DNA of 64,000 bases, taken from Mobula hypostoma. Lineage: Eukaryota. Positions 25,360 to 38,699 of this stretch are shown in pieces. Location: NCBI RefSeq assembly GCF_963921235.1, contig NC_086108.1, positions 56,360,001 to 56,424,000 of the forward strand, written 5' to 3'. The position numbers and the translations under genes are program-made. The first letter of the stretch is position 1; each line of letters opens with the position of its first letter. Under the pieces are notes generated by a model that did no database searches, was not told where the DNA came from, and was given only the letters and a program-made list of their open reading frames with translations.

Positions 25360-25890
25360 TGAGGTGTATGGGTTGTCCAGGGAGGGGTAACACCTATGGA
25401 GAAGGACTTGTTGTGTCCAATCTGGGGGAAGCTCACTCACCTTTGGTCCCCACTGGACACTCAACTCTCACCTGTGGCTTCATGGAAATGCTTGCATACA
25501 ACAGTGGCCACACCGTGGTACACTGCTTTGACAGGCGGGCTAAACCAGGCGAGGGTAGCCGGTGGGTCTCATACCCTAGTGAGATAGAGACATACCTGTT
25601 CTAGCATGTGAAGTCACCTCCAGCAGACTGGGTGTTTAAGATCAACAGTGAGATCCAATGACCTGGAAGCTGGTTCTGCAATGCTTTGTGGAGAGCAAAG
25701 GGCATGACAAGGCACAGAAGAAATCATGGTTATCCACTACAATCAGTTTGTGACAACTACACATACCACTGGACACGGACTTCCAAGGTCGAGAGGGTGG
25801 AACTGCGCCAGTGCAATGCCTTTTTCACTTTAAAAACTCTCCCGAACAGGTTTCTGTCATTGTCAGACATAATGGACAACTATTATATTA
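25360..25890 (+). mobile_element. Non-autonomous RTE-like element
   Basis: RTE-like 5'UTR motif (GGGCTAAACCAGGCGAGGGTAGCC) and a 3' end ...ggacaac(tat)n. Confidence 0.5.
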
Positions 25891-26254
25891 TATTAAGATC
25901 ACGCACATTTCCTTGATGATTTTCAAATGATATATCAGGTCAATGTGAAGTGTAACTATACCTCATAAAGGAAGTTACACTCATTTCTAGGAGATGCATT
26001 TTGTGAATAAAGAAAACCTGTATCCTATTAGGTATAAGCGGTTAATATTGCTGGTAAACAATTTGAGTAGGATCTAACTATTGCTTGTAGCATTTCACAC
26101 ATTGTTAGGTTTATTTTTGTTTATTCTGTTGTGAAAATAATTTATCTTATTTAAAGTTTAAGTTTTATTTTAAGTTTTGTTCTTTATGTTTGTCATCATG
26201 TAATGTATTGCTTCTGCAAAAAGCTAATTTTCATAGCTATTATACCCAGGGTTT

Positions 26255-26620
26255 CAGTCAGATGGGGCTCATCAGCTGTGGTTGACAGCTCAACTAGAAG
26301 AAGGAAAACTCTGATCTCAAACCTCCGCTGCCTTGTGGCTATTCCCAGCCCATGGGGAAGGCTTCGGGAGTAAAATACAGAGCTGGGGTTCCTAAGGCAG
26401 CCCTACGCTGAGACCAACGCTGACTGACAACTCCTGCAACGCTGCTGGATCCAGACAGTATTGGTTTCTGCTGTTCCTTTGGGTTCATCCGACGCATGGA
26501 GACGGGGAGCTTGCTACAACGGCAACAGCTTGCTCCCATATCATACTGCCCAGGCTTGCATACCTAGACAGCTAAGAGGCAACATTCATGGTTGACCCTG
26601 ACTGACAGAGGCCTCACTCA
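26255..26620 (+). mobile_element. Non-autonomous RTE-like fragment
   Basis: Shares an approximately 90-nt block with the minus strand of 11600-11700. Confidence 0.5.
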
Positions 26621-26675
26621 TTCAACCAGGATATGCATATTGCCAAAACAATAAACTTTAACCAGAACTTGCCTT

Positions 26676-26679
<4 letters not shown>

Positions 26680-26706
<27 letters not shown>
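26680..26706 (+). repeat. (CA)n microsatellite followed by a short tandem duplication (to about 26765)
   Basis: About 13 CA units, then AACCAACTTAAACACCT.AACCTACCA twice. Confidence 0.9.
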
Positions 26707-26857
26707 ACCAACTTAAACACCTCAACCTACCACACTGAACCAACTTAAACACCTTAACCTACCATTGTGAAGACTTAAACCGACTGCTGTTAAGACCATA
26801 AGACAAAGGAACAGAAATAGGCCATTCAGCCCAGCAAGATTTCTCTGCAATTTCATC

Positions 26858-28195
26858 ATGGCTGATATTATTAAGGATGAAGTTTCGAGGTACTTGAAGA
26901 CTAACGATATAATAAGTCAAAGTCAGCATGGTTTCTGTAAAGGGAAATCCTGCCTGACAAATCTGTTGGGACTTCTTCGAGGAAGTTACAAGCAGGGTGG
27001 ACAAAGGAGAGGCTGTGGATTTCATTTACTTGAATTTTCAGAAGGCATTTGATAAGGTGCAACACAAAAAGTTGCTTAACAAGATAAAATCCAGAGGCGT
27101 TACAGGAAAGATACTGACGCGGATAGTGGAATGGCTAACAGGCAGGAGGCAGCTAGTGGAAATAAAAGGGGCCTTTTCTGGTTGGCTGCCTGTGACTAGT
27201 GTTCCTCAGGGGTCAGTATTAGGACTGGTGCTTTTCACATTTTTGTCAATGATTTGGATAATAGAATTGATAGCTTTGTGGCAAAGTTTGCAGATGATAT
27301 GAAGATAGGTGCAGGGGTAGGTAGTGCTGAGGAAGCAATGCAATTGCAGCAAGACAGACAAATTAGAAGAAAGGGCAAAAACGTGGCAGATGGAATGCAG
27401 TGTTGGGAAATGTATAATACATTTTGGTAAAAGGAACAATAGTGTGGACTATTATCTAAATGGGGAGAAGGTTCAAACATCAGAGATGCAGAGGGACTTA
27501 GGAGTCCTCATGCAAGACTCCCAAAAGGTTAATTTACAGGTTGAGTCTGTGGTAAAGGAGGCAAATGCAATGTTGGCATTTATTTCAAGGGGAATAGAAT
27601 ATAAAAGCAAGAAGATAATGCTGAGCCTTTATAAGACATTAGTCAGGCTGCACTTGGAGTAATGTCAACAGTTTTAGGCCCCATATCTCAGAAAAGATGT
27701 GTTGTCATTAGAAAGAGTCCAGAGGAGGTTCACGAGGATGATTCCTACGATGAAGGGGTTAACATATGAGGAGCGATTGGCAGCCTTGAGCCTGTACTCA
27801 CTGGAATTTAGAAGAATGCCGGGGGATCTCATTGAAACCTACCGAATGTTGAAATGACTAGATAGGGTGGATGTGGAGAGGATGTTTCCTATGGTGGGGG
27901 TGTCCAGAACTAGAGGGCACAGCCTCAAAATTGAGGGGTGATCCTTTAGAACAGAAGTAAGGAGGGTTTTTTTTTAGCCAGAGAGTTATAAATCTGTGAA
28001 TGCTTTGCCATAGACTGCAGTGGAGTCCATGTGTATATTTAAGGTGAAAGTTTCCTGATCAGTCAGGGTATCAAAGGATATGGCGAGAAGGCAGGTGTAT
28101 GGGGTTGAGTAGATCCGGAATCAGTCATGATGGAATGGTGGAGCAGACTCAGTGGGATGAATGGCCTAATTCTGCTCCTATGTCTTATGATCCTA
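26858..28195 (+). mobile_element. 5'-truncated CR1 LINE with a short inverted 3'-type segment upstream (26795-26860)
   Basis: [37 protein letters not shown]; 3' end gaatggcctaattctgctcctatgtcttatg. Confidence 0.9.
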
Positions 28196-31189
28196 CATTA
28201 TTGCTCTCAACCCTATTCTTCTGACATCTCCCCATAACCTTTGATGTCTTGACTAATCAAAAACCTATCAACCTCCACTTTAAGTATACTCGGTGACTTT
28301 GCCTCCGCAATTGCCTGAGGCATTGAATTCCACAGATTCACTACCCTCTGGCCAAAGAAATTCCTCTTCATCTCTGTTCTAAATGGACACCCTGCTAGTC
28401 TGAAGCTGTGCCCTCTGGTCCTATAGAGGAAACATCCTCCATGTTCAGCCTGAGAGTCTCATAAGTTCTCAACTAACCTTTACTCTTTCCTCTACAAACC
28501 TCTAGCACTAAATGCTAGAGAGGATTTATTACTATATTGCATGCAAAACACTGCAGATCCTCAAGATCTTATAAAAAGTAATCTAGCTGAGAATACAGAA
28601 TTAAGTTAACAACTTTCCCTTTCTCAGGAAGTTGTTAAGAATATGTGTACAAGTAGGCAACGTGTGAATCACTGTACTGCCTCATCATGCAATTGCATAA
28701 CCAAAGTTACTAAATGTAACGGTTAAGAATGATCTTAAACTTTAGTATAACCATTTCCATTTATGGAGTATATTTGAAATAGCAAAACAAAAATCACAAA
28801 AATTATTGCCAAGTCACAGAAGGGGATATTAGAGTAGATAACCAAAAGCTTAGTCAAGGAGGTAGGATTTAAGAAGCACTTTAATGGAGGAATAAGTAGT
28901 GGAGAGATAAAGCAGGAATTCTAGCATTTAGGAATTTGGCAGCTGAAGGTACAGAATTAAAAGTGTAAATATGTCAGGAGTTGTAGGACTGCTGAAACTA
29001 AGTAGATATAGGAAAGTGCAAACAATAGAAGGAATTAAAATGGGTGTTAATTTTTTTTAGATGTTGCTTAAGCAGATCCTATTGTAGCAGTAAGCACAAG
29101 ACTGAAAACTGAATGGGACTTGGTGGAGTTTAGAACAAAAACAAGTTTTGGATAGCTTTAAATTTACACAGGTCATCCAAAATTCACAAGATATGTGCTT
29201 AGAATCTGCCAAGGTTACATCTTTGTTATTCATGGCTTTCCATAGTAAAATTTAAAAGGTCAATCTTACAATTTTGAATATTCCTTTTCATCAATTTTAT
29301 AGCTTGGTGTCACAAAAGAGGAATTAACTTGTAAAGTGCACTTCACAATGTTTTTCATGGCATCCATATTTGAGTTCTTATAGTAATTTCTAGCTTAATT
29401 ATCCAGAAGTAAGAAACACGAGTCTAACATACTGCGGTAGAGGTTCCACTTTTGCATTGATTAGGATACATATTATAACCACAATTATACTAATTTTGAA
29501 TTTATGTTTTCTTTTTCTCTTAAACATTTGCTAGTCAGCAACAGCAAAATTCCTCATGAATTGACATAACTGGACAGTGTTTCAGAATATAATTTCTTCT
29601 AGATTTACTATTCCTCCTCACTGCCCTCTAATTTAGATAAATGGATACTAAAAAGCAAAATGATGCAGATTCTGGAAAGCTGAACTTGAGGTGTATTCAG
29701 CATGTCAGGTCACATTTGGCGAGAAATGTTTCAATTTTTAAAAATGGTTCATGGATCTATAACATTAATTTTGTTTCTTTCTCCAAAACAGTGAGTTTGA
29801 GATGATCTGAATAAATTTGAAGTTATCCACAGTTTTTGTCTATGCTCTAACCCACAGCAAATCTCATTCATCTTTCAGTCTTGTGCCTATTAACTTACAC
29901 TGGCTCCTGCTTAAGCAACATATCACTTCTAAAAGTTACAACCTGCAGAATATTTGAATATTGTTTATTGTTTTATATGATAATAAACTGCTGTCAATTA
30001 TGTCTCAAACATTCACTCTAAGGGCATCTATACATCCACATAGACCTAACATTCTTATGTTCAGCCATGCAAATAAATCCTGCAATCACAGAATCATACA
30101 GGTTCCAAATTCCTTATTTGCATTGTCCAAGCGCCCAAAATCTACTTCGTGGGCAGTCCAGTTTTTTTTTATTGTTACCTAGCTGATAGGGGTGAATATT
30201 CTGCTTGTGATATGTAGTGTTGGTTTACTTGTCAATCGAAAACCACTTTCACATTGCTAATTGTCGGGATGCAGTAGCTCTTTCCTGGTGGTTGCTTTGT
30301 GCACAATAGCACCAGTGCCCGGTTCTGGGCGCTTCAGGGGTATAAGAATAGCACGTGCAAGAGACTCACTGGCTTTCTTTCATCTCCGAGGACTCCTCTT
30401 CACACTGAGGCCGCAAGCAGTGCTGAAAAATCATTGGGAAAGTATGCTGCAAATATAGGAGGGCCCACACACACACTTAGATAAATATCTATTGAATGTT
30501 TAGTTGTGTAACTTGGGAAGACTTAATGAAATGCCTGTTGAGTTTGAGTGTTACTGAATGTTTAGTGTTGTAGTTTATGCAACTTGGGGTGGCTTAGGCG
30601 AGTACTTGTTTGAATCAAATGTTTGGTTGAATGTTTTACTGTTTGTAATTAAATGGTTAATGCACTCATCTGTAATCAGTGTCTTCTGTCTCACTCACTA
30701 AACCAGTGAATGTGCTTACCTGTAACAGAGTATCCCATCTCCCCACCATATTATTAGAACTTTGAGGGCCTAGCTAACATTGATAAGTGTCCACAGTTCT
30801 TAATACATTGTCAGATGAACATCCCCTCCTCATGGTCTCTCCTTCGAAAAGTCAATTCAAGTAGAAACAATTCTGAATTTACAAGACAGTATAATATTCG
30901 TTAGGGAAAATCAGTATCCAGTTTTCATATTCTCTGAATTTTTAATTGTATCTAAAATTAGGAGAGATGTAAGCTATGCTGAAGATTCAAAATCATCTAC
31001 ACTATCCCACAATATAAAAGTTACCAAACACCTTTACATTTTTTCCTTGTTTAGTACAGTTTCAAACCAGAAGTCTGGCTTAATTCATATCATTTTTTAT
31101 GTTCTTCAAATTTGGAGGTATCCTGCATCAAGCAACAAAATATTTTAACTAGAGTTTTAAGTGAAAATGGCTAGTTTGTTTTAATTTAC

Positions 31190-31329
31190 CTTTCTCTTTG
31201 GTGTTAATTTTGTCACACTGAACATCTTTAGCTTTTTGTGCTCCAGTGAATGTTTGTGCCATCCTTTCAATGTAGCGATCATTGCCAACTCGCTCTTTGC
31301 AGATTTCAATATATAATGCATTTCTTTTC
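31190..31329 (-). CDS. DNAI4: DNAI4/WDR78 coding exon
   Basis: Encodes KRNALYIEICKERVGNDRYIERMAQTFTGAQKAKDVQCDKINTKEK (conserved GND.Y.ER..QTF..A.K.KDVQCD). AG/GTAAAT sites, 140 nt. Confidence 0.95.
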
Positions 31330-31544
31330 CTTAAAATTAAAAGAGGGCCAAAGTTTGCATTAACTTTTGCAACAAAAGGAGATAATCACACTCATTCTGC
31401 TTCCGGTGTTCCCACAACCCATGGTCTCACTTTTAGGACTTCTTATCTTGTTACTTATTGCTATTTATTTATACGTTTGTATTTGCAGAGTCTGTTGTCC
31501 ATTGACCCTGTTTAGTTACTGTTAAGTATGCCCAGAGATAAAGA

Positions 31545-32500
31545 ATCAGAGTCAAGAGAAAATCTGCAGTTGCTGGAAATCAAAGCAGCACAGACAAAAT
31601 ACTGGAGGCACTCAGCAGGCCATACAGCATCTATAGAAAAAAGTACAGTCGATCTTTCGGGCCGAGACCTTTTGGCAGGACTGGAGAGAAAAAAAAAGAT
31701 GAGTAGATTTAAATGGTGGGAAGAGGGGAGAGAGAAAAACACAAGGTGATGGGTGAAACCGAGAAGGGAGGGATGAAGTAAAGAGATGGGAAGTTGATTG
31801 GTAAAAAAGATACAGGGCTGGAGAATGGGGAATCTAATAGGAGAGGACAGCAGGCCATGGAAGAAAGAAAGAAAAGGGGGGAGGAGCACCAGAGGGAGGC
31901 AATGGGCAGGCAAAGAGATAAGGTGAGAGAACAAAAAGAGGATGGAGAATGGTGAAGGAGGGGCAACATTACCGGAAGTTTGAGAAATCGATGTTCATGC
32001 CATCAGGCTGGAGGCTACCCAGATGAAATACAAGGTGTTGTTCCTCCAAACTGAGTGTGGCCTAATTGCGACAGTAGAGGAGGCCATGGATAGACACATC
32101 AGAACAGGAATTGGAAATGGAACTAAAGTGGGTAACCACTGGGAGACCCCTCTTCTTCTGGCAGACAGAGCATAGGTGTTCAGTGAAGTGGTCCCCCAAT
32201 CTATGTCAGGCCTCACCGATATACAGGACCCACACCAGAAGCACCAGACATAGTATATGGCCCCAACATACTCACAGGCCAAGTGTTGCCTCACCTGGAA
32301 GGACTGTTTGGGGCCCTGAATGGTAGTGAGGGAGGAGGTGTAGGGGCAGGTGTAGCACTTGTTCCGCTTACAAGGATAAGTGTCAGGAGGGAGATCAGTG
32401 GGAGGGACGAATGGACAAGGGAGTCGGGTCGGGAGTGATCCCTGCAGAAAGCAAAAAGTGGGGGGCAGGGAAAGACACGCTTGATGGTGGGATCCAGTTT
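31545..32500 (-). mobile_element. Penelope-like element 3' part (GIY-YIG endonuclease + terminal repeat)
   Basis: FPCPPLFAFCRDHS..DSLVHS linker and RQHLACEYVGAIYYVWC..CG GIY-YIG remnant. Pyrimidine-rich UTR. Hammerhead-like motif at 31646-31683. Confidence 0.85.
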
Positions 32501-33254
32501 GAGACAGGATTTCAGGGTTGTATGTGATGACATGTATGTACTCTGATAATAAATTTTACTTTGAAATGTTGTGAGGAGCGGTGATGAAATGGAAAAAAAA
32601 GAGGAATAAAGAGAGACATCAGCTACAACTTTACCCATTTTCTCCTGAAAGTAGAATTTTACGATTACCAGCTTCTCTTCTGTGAGGGTCATAAATTCTG
32701 TGCCTCAGAGTTCTGAAGATGGAGTTACTGAACAGAATCATGGTAGGGACTGACCAACATTAAAACTACAAAGGATCAAAGGCATTCTGGGCAAACAGTG
32801 GAAAAGTGATGTTAAAGCCAACACTGGATCTGCCATAATCTTACTGCATAATGGGGCTGTATTATTGCTCAACATCCTGAATTAAGGGCCTTAAATGGCA
32901 ATTGGATAGACAGTTAAGGGAAGATAGTTTTCTAGGTCATGGGAGGAAAAAACAAGGAATAGTGCCATGTAGATTGGTCAAGAGGGAACCAGATGAATTT
33001 GAATGGCAACTGACTTCTGCAGCAGTGAAGTTTCTATGAGCATATTAAAATTTAAGGCGGCTTTTGCAATTAATTTCTACTGAGGCATGTTTCTCTACAG
33101 ATACTCCATTTGGACCATCAGCTGCAATGAGATGGTCTGTCAATGTAACTTTTTAAAATGTATTTATTTGTATTGAGGATTTGGCCATCAATGCATAACA
33201 ATGTTTTGATATGATCTGTTGGCTATAGGATAGCTTAGCTGTACCTATGCATGG

Positions 33255-36200
33255 TGTAGTCGCGCGCAAACGAGCTACTAAAGAAACACACGGAGGCAGA
33301 GAGAGCTGAACGCAGAATGCCTTTACTGATTCAAAATCGCGCGCTTAAATCTCCCCTCCCATGGGCCCCGCGACCCACAGGGCGGACGTGATGTCAGACT
33401 GTCCCGAGCGGATAGTTCCAAACGCGCTACCGCATGTCTGCCCACGGCTCCCGATGGCGGTTCGAGTCCCGCGTGTGCGGGCCGCCACACCAACCCCCCA
33501 AGAAACATCCATCGGGGGAGTGGAGCCCCCTGTCTGTGTGGCCGGCCTCGCCAGCGCGGTGCGGGTACCCTCAATGGTTGCTCAATGTCCAAGCGCGCCG
33601 GCTTGAGGTGGTCCACTGTAAAAGTCTCTTCCTGGCCACCCACCTCCATGACACACGTGGGTCCATTGTGCCGGATCACCTTGAAGGGTCCCTCGTACGG
33701 CCGCTGTAGAGGTGACCTGTGCATGCCCCTGCGAATAAAAACATACTCACAGTCTCGGAGGTCTTTAGGGGTGAAGGAAGGCGTGGGACCATGCCTGGAG
33801 GTCGGAACCGGTGCCAGGGTCCCTACCTTGTCCCGCAGCCTCGTTAGTACCGCTGCTGGAGTTTCTTCCAAACCTCGGGCCTCTGGTACGAACTCGCCTG
33901 GGACTGTCAGAGGGGCGCCATAGACCAATTCCGCCGAGGTGTCCAGGTCCTCCTTGGGGGCTGTGCAGATGCCCAGCAGGACCCAGGGAAACTCATCTGT
34001 CCAGTTGGGTCCCTGAGGCGTGCATCAGGGCTGACTTGAGGTGCCGGTGGAAACGGTCTACCAAACCGTTGGACTGGGGATGGTACACTGTGGTGTGATG
34101 CAGCTGGGTGCCCAGGAGCTGCGCCAGTCTGTCCACAAACCCGACGTGAACTGCGCCCCTCTGTCGGAGGTGATGTCCGTTGGGAGGCCGAACCTGGCGG
34201 TTCAGTTTGCAATGAGCGTCCTGGCGCAGGACTCAGTGGAAGTGTCTGCGAGCGGTACAGCTTCTGACCATCTGGTGAACCTGTCTACAATGGTAAAGAT
34301 ATACCTGGCACCCCAGGAGACTGGCAAGGGGCTGATGATGTCCACGTGAATGTGTGGGAACCTCCTGTGCATCGGCTGGAACTGCTGGAGGGGAGCCTTC
34401 ACGTGCTGCTGGACTTTGGCGGTCTGGCAGTGTACGCAGGTCCTGGCCCAGTGTCCGCCCTATTTGCGCAAACCGTGCCAGACGAATCTGTCCGCTACCA
34501 CCTTGATGGACGCCAGATGGACGGGTGGGCCAGGTTGTGCAGCCTGTCGACCACCCGGCGCCTCCATGCTGCTGGTACCATGGGTCGGGGTTTGCCGGTA
34601 TCACGTCGCACAGCAGTCGATCCGCTGCCCGGCCGATGGAGACGTCCTCCAACTGGCGTCCTGAAACGGTGGTGCAGTAAGCCGGGATCTCGGTGTCGGA
34701 CCATTGTGCTTCTGCCAGTGTTGCGTAGTCTATTCCTGAGGACGATATGCCTACTGAATGGAGGCAGGGGTAAGACAGTGTGTTGGCGACGATGTTGTTC
34801 TTCCCTGCGATGTGGCGGATGTCCATGGTGAATTCTGAAATAAAGGACAGGTGCCTCTGCTGCCGAGCCGACCATGGGTCTGATATCTTGGCCAGTGCGA
34901 AGGTGAGGGGCTTGTGGTCCATATACACGGTGAACTCCCTTCCCTCAAGGAAGTACCGGAAATGCTGGACAGCCAGGTAGAGCGCTAGCAACTCTCTGTC
35001 GAAAGCACTGTACTTCACCTCTGGTGGCCGTAGGTGCCGGCTGAAGAAAGCGGGTGGTCGCCACTGGTCCTCGATGAGCTGCTCCAGGACTCTGCCAAAT
35101 GCCGTCTCGGAAGCATCGACTGTGAGTGCCGTGGGTACATCGACTCTCGGGTGCACTAGGAGGGCCGCCTTTGCCAGCACCTCCTTGGCCTGCTCGAACG
35201 CCTCCGTGGACTCTGCGTCCCGTGCCACTTCTTTGGCCTCACCGGCCATCAGGCTGAACAAGGGTCTCATGATGCGTGCCGCCGCCGGCACGAACCGATG
35301 ATAAAGGTTGACCATCCCTACGAACTCCTGCAGGCCCTTGACCGTGCTGGGCTTGGGGAACTGGCAGATGGCCTGGACCTTGTCCGGTAGGGGAACTGCG
35401 CCATGTCGGTTGACTCTGTGGCCCAAGAAGTCGATCTCCATCAGCCCGAACTGGCACTTCGCCGGATTGATTGCCAGTCCATGGTCGCTCAGGCGTTGGC
35501 AGAGCTGGCGCAAATGTGCCACGTGCTCTTGGTGCGAACTGCTGGCCACCAGGATATCATCCAAGTAAATGAAAATGAAATCCAGGCCGCGTCCCACTGA
35601 GTCCATGAGCCTTTGGAAAGTTTGGGCTGCATCCTTGAGACCGAGAGGCTTCCTCAGGACTTCGAACAAGCCGAACGGGGTGATGACGGCTGTCTTGGGC
35701 ACGTCGTCGGGGTGCACTGGGATCTGATGGTATCTCCTGACCAGGTCGATTTTCGAGAAGATGGTCACTCCGTGCAGGCTCGCCGGGAAGTCCTGGATGT
35801 GGGGTACCGGGTATCTGTCGGCGGTTGTGGCGTCGTTGAGCCTTCTGTAGTCTCCACAGGGCCTCCATCCTCCTGCGGACTTGGGCACCATGTGCAGCGG
35901 GGATGTCTACGGGCTGTCTGAGCGGCGTACGATTCCCATCCCTTCCATTTTACAGAACTCCTCCTTGGCCAGGTGGAGCTTGTCAGGTGGGAGCCTGCGA
36001 GCTCGGGCATGCAGCGGCGGTCCTTGCGTGGGGATATGGTGCTGCACGCCGTGCTTGGGGTCGGCCGTGGAGAACTGCAGGGTGACTATGGAGGGGAATT
36101 CCGCCAACATTCTTGCGAATCCGTTACCCGAGAGGGTCACGGAACCCAGGTGGAGGGCCAGTATCTTGGCTTCTCCGAGCTGGAAAGTCTGGAACGTCTT

Positions 36201-37301
36201 GGCGTGGACCAGACGCCGGCCTTTTAGGTCGACCAGGAGGCAGTTGGCTCGTAGGAAATCTGCCCCTAGTAGTGGCTGTGACACCGCTGCCAACATGAAA
36301 GTCCAAGTGAAATGGCTGGACCCGAAATGCAGTGAGATAGTTCGCGGGCTGTACGTCCGAATACTGGTGGCATTTGCAGCGGTGAGTTCGGGGCCTGTGA
36401 CCACATTACGAGTGTCCATGTTCGAGGGGGGGAGTATGCTGATATTGGCCCGTGTCTACTAGGAAATGCTGCCAGAGGTACAGGAGCCTGTCTCGGTGGC
36501 CAGCCGTCGTAGCCATTAGTGATGGTTGGCCCCAGCGTTTCCCGGAAAAGCACATGGTGGACGGCAGCGGCGCACGCCTGAGTCCCATCTTTAGTGATAG
36601 AAACACCATTGTTCCAAACTTTCGTCCTCTTTCCCCAATGAGTCTCGAGGGCTTCAGTTGCGGGACCTGGGCTTTGGGGCGCGTGATCGTGGCTAGGCCA
36701 ATGGAGGCTGCTCCACGTTGCTCACTCTGCCAAAGGACGTCTGCTTTAGCCGCGACCCTGCGTGGGTCGCTGAAATCCTCACTCGCGAGGAGGAGGCGAA
36801 TGTCCTCTGGCATTTGCTCGAGGAACAACTGTTCAAATAAAAGGCACGGCTTATGGCCATCCACGAGCGCCAGCATATCATTCATGAGCTTGGATGGCGT
36901 GCGGTCGTCCAAGCCTGCTCGAACCAAACGTGGGGCTGAGTGGCCAAGAAAGTCGGGAGCTTCAGAGAGACCGCGCTGTGTGAGTTGCTCGAACTCATGG
37001 CTGGTTGCTGAGTCGCCGGCTTCAGATGTCGTCTGAAACGTTGGGGTCACCAATGTAGTCGCTTGCAAACGCGCTACTAAAGAAACACATGGAGGTAGAG
37101 AGAGCTGAACACAGAATGCCTTTACTGATTCAAAATCGTGTGCTTAAATCTCCCCTCCCATGGGCCCCTGCAACCCGCGGGGCAGACGTGACGTCAGACT
37201 GTCCCCAGAAGGTCCGCGAGCAGGTAGTTCCAAACGCACTACCGCGTGTCTGCCCGTGGCAACCAATGGCGGTTCGAGTCACGCGTGTGTGGGCCGCCAC
37301 A
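33255..37301 (-). mobile_element. Ty3/Gypsy LTR retrotransposon, CsRn1-like, two LTRs, degenerate
   Basis: LTRs at 33255-33489 and 37054-37301 (TG...CA), 4-bp TSD ATGG. PBS TGGTGACCCCAACG (tRNA-Trp-like); PPT next to the 3' LTR. Domain order PR (FLVDTG), RT (YLDDIL), RNase H, integrase (HVDI, GPF/Y). Confidence 0.95.
33490..36540 (-). pseudogene. Gypsy pol (PR-RT-RH-INT), frameshifted
   Basis: ORFs 35907-36419, 34233-35891 ([33 protein letters not shown]), 34202-34402 and 33323-33928. Confidence 0.92.
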
Positions 37302-38699
37302 ATGGTGCCTTTGTCGCCTAGCATGTAATGGTTCTGTCTTGCAGTTCAACCAACCTGGCACTTCATCACTGATAGATATTACTGGAGCAGCTCCTGTAAT
37401 ATCTGCACTTCTGCATTCTTCACTAAACTAGAGGTAATCCTCTGGGGACAGTAATAATATTATGAGATTATAGATTGTGGTAATGTATATTTTTTTCTGC
37501 TACTATTGGTCTCCAGCAGGTCATGGATGTTTTAAACTGCCAGACCTGTTCATATTTTATTACATTTAACATGCTTGTTGTGCCACATTAAAGTACTTAG
37601 TGTGAAAACTGAACGGTGTGATGGTCACTTCTACTAATATTGTCAATGAACAGGCAACTTGAAACAAGGTGATTTCTGTTTCACCCTTAGATTCATAAGG
37701 TTTTGGAACTGTCTTCCTCAAAAGAGAGCAAGGTCTTTGAATAATGTTTTAAGGCAGACGTAATAAATTATTGATAAATAAGGAGATGAAATAAGGTTAC
37801 TGCAGATGGACATGAATGAACAAGAGCTTTGGTTTCAATCAGGTCATCCATGATTGAATTTGTCAATGGAGCATAGTCGAGGGGCAAGAGGCCTACACCT
37901 GCTCCTAATTGATATGTCCGTATGCAAGTTTATAATATAAATCTGATGCACAAAGGACAGCAGTTTTTGACAGCAAACATGGAGAAAATGTGTCCAGTGT
38001 CCTGACTTAGGAAAATGGGAAATATTTGCCCTTTAAGATTCTCATGATTACATTTTTTTCATATTGTCTTAGGATCTAGGGCTCCATTTAGCCTGTTGAG
38101 TCTTCAGTGACTCTCAAAGCAATTGCATCTAGTTCATTCCCCCATTAGTTCGATATTTCATATCACCCGTTGTTATTTGGTAAGTAGCTTTGTGCTGCTG
38201 AGGGATCTTCTGTTTTACAGTGGAACTTGTGGTCCCACCCACAAACTATACCTTACTGTTGGCAATTCTAGTGGAATATGTGGAGACTAGGAGCACAGAC
38301 TTTGGCAAAGCAGTAGCAAAATGCTGCTGGTAGCATATGTAATTGCAAGAGCAAAACAGAACAGGATACCATCACTAGCATCATATGGTGCCCTAATAAA
38401 ATTTAGAAAGGAACATGAATATGAAGAGAATGGGGAGATATCGATGATACACAGGAATATGATATTGAGGATAAATTGATATCAAGATCAGCACATGGGC
38501 CAATTGGCCTGTCCAATGCTACACTTTTGTATGTTCTAAGGTGGTCTGAATACATATAAAAAGAGATCAGACCAACCATAGAGCTACACGGGCAATATTT
38601 CATAAACTCTGGATTGCTCGGCAAAATAGACAGCAACCAAACTACTTAGTAAAACTGATTCCAATAGAATAAGCCAAGCTATACAAATGGTAGATTACT

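Noticed and set aside
25430..25560. Possible HDV-like ribozyme in the second RTE-like element
   Set aside because: Some pairings exist (CTCACCTG/CAGGCGAG), but I could not assign a P3/L3/P1 arrangement.
30173..30727. Possible solo LTR (TATA-like GGTATAAG, ends in TGTAACA)
   Set aside because: I could not define a left boundary with a matching TSD, and there is no second copy in the window.
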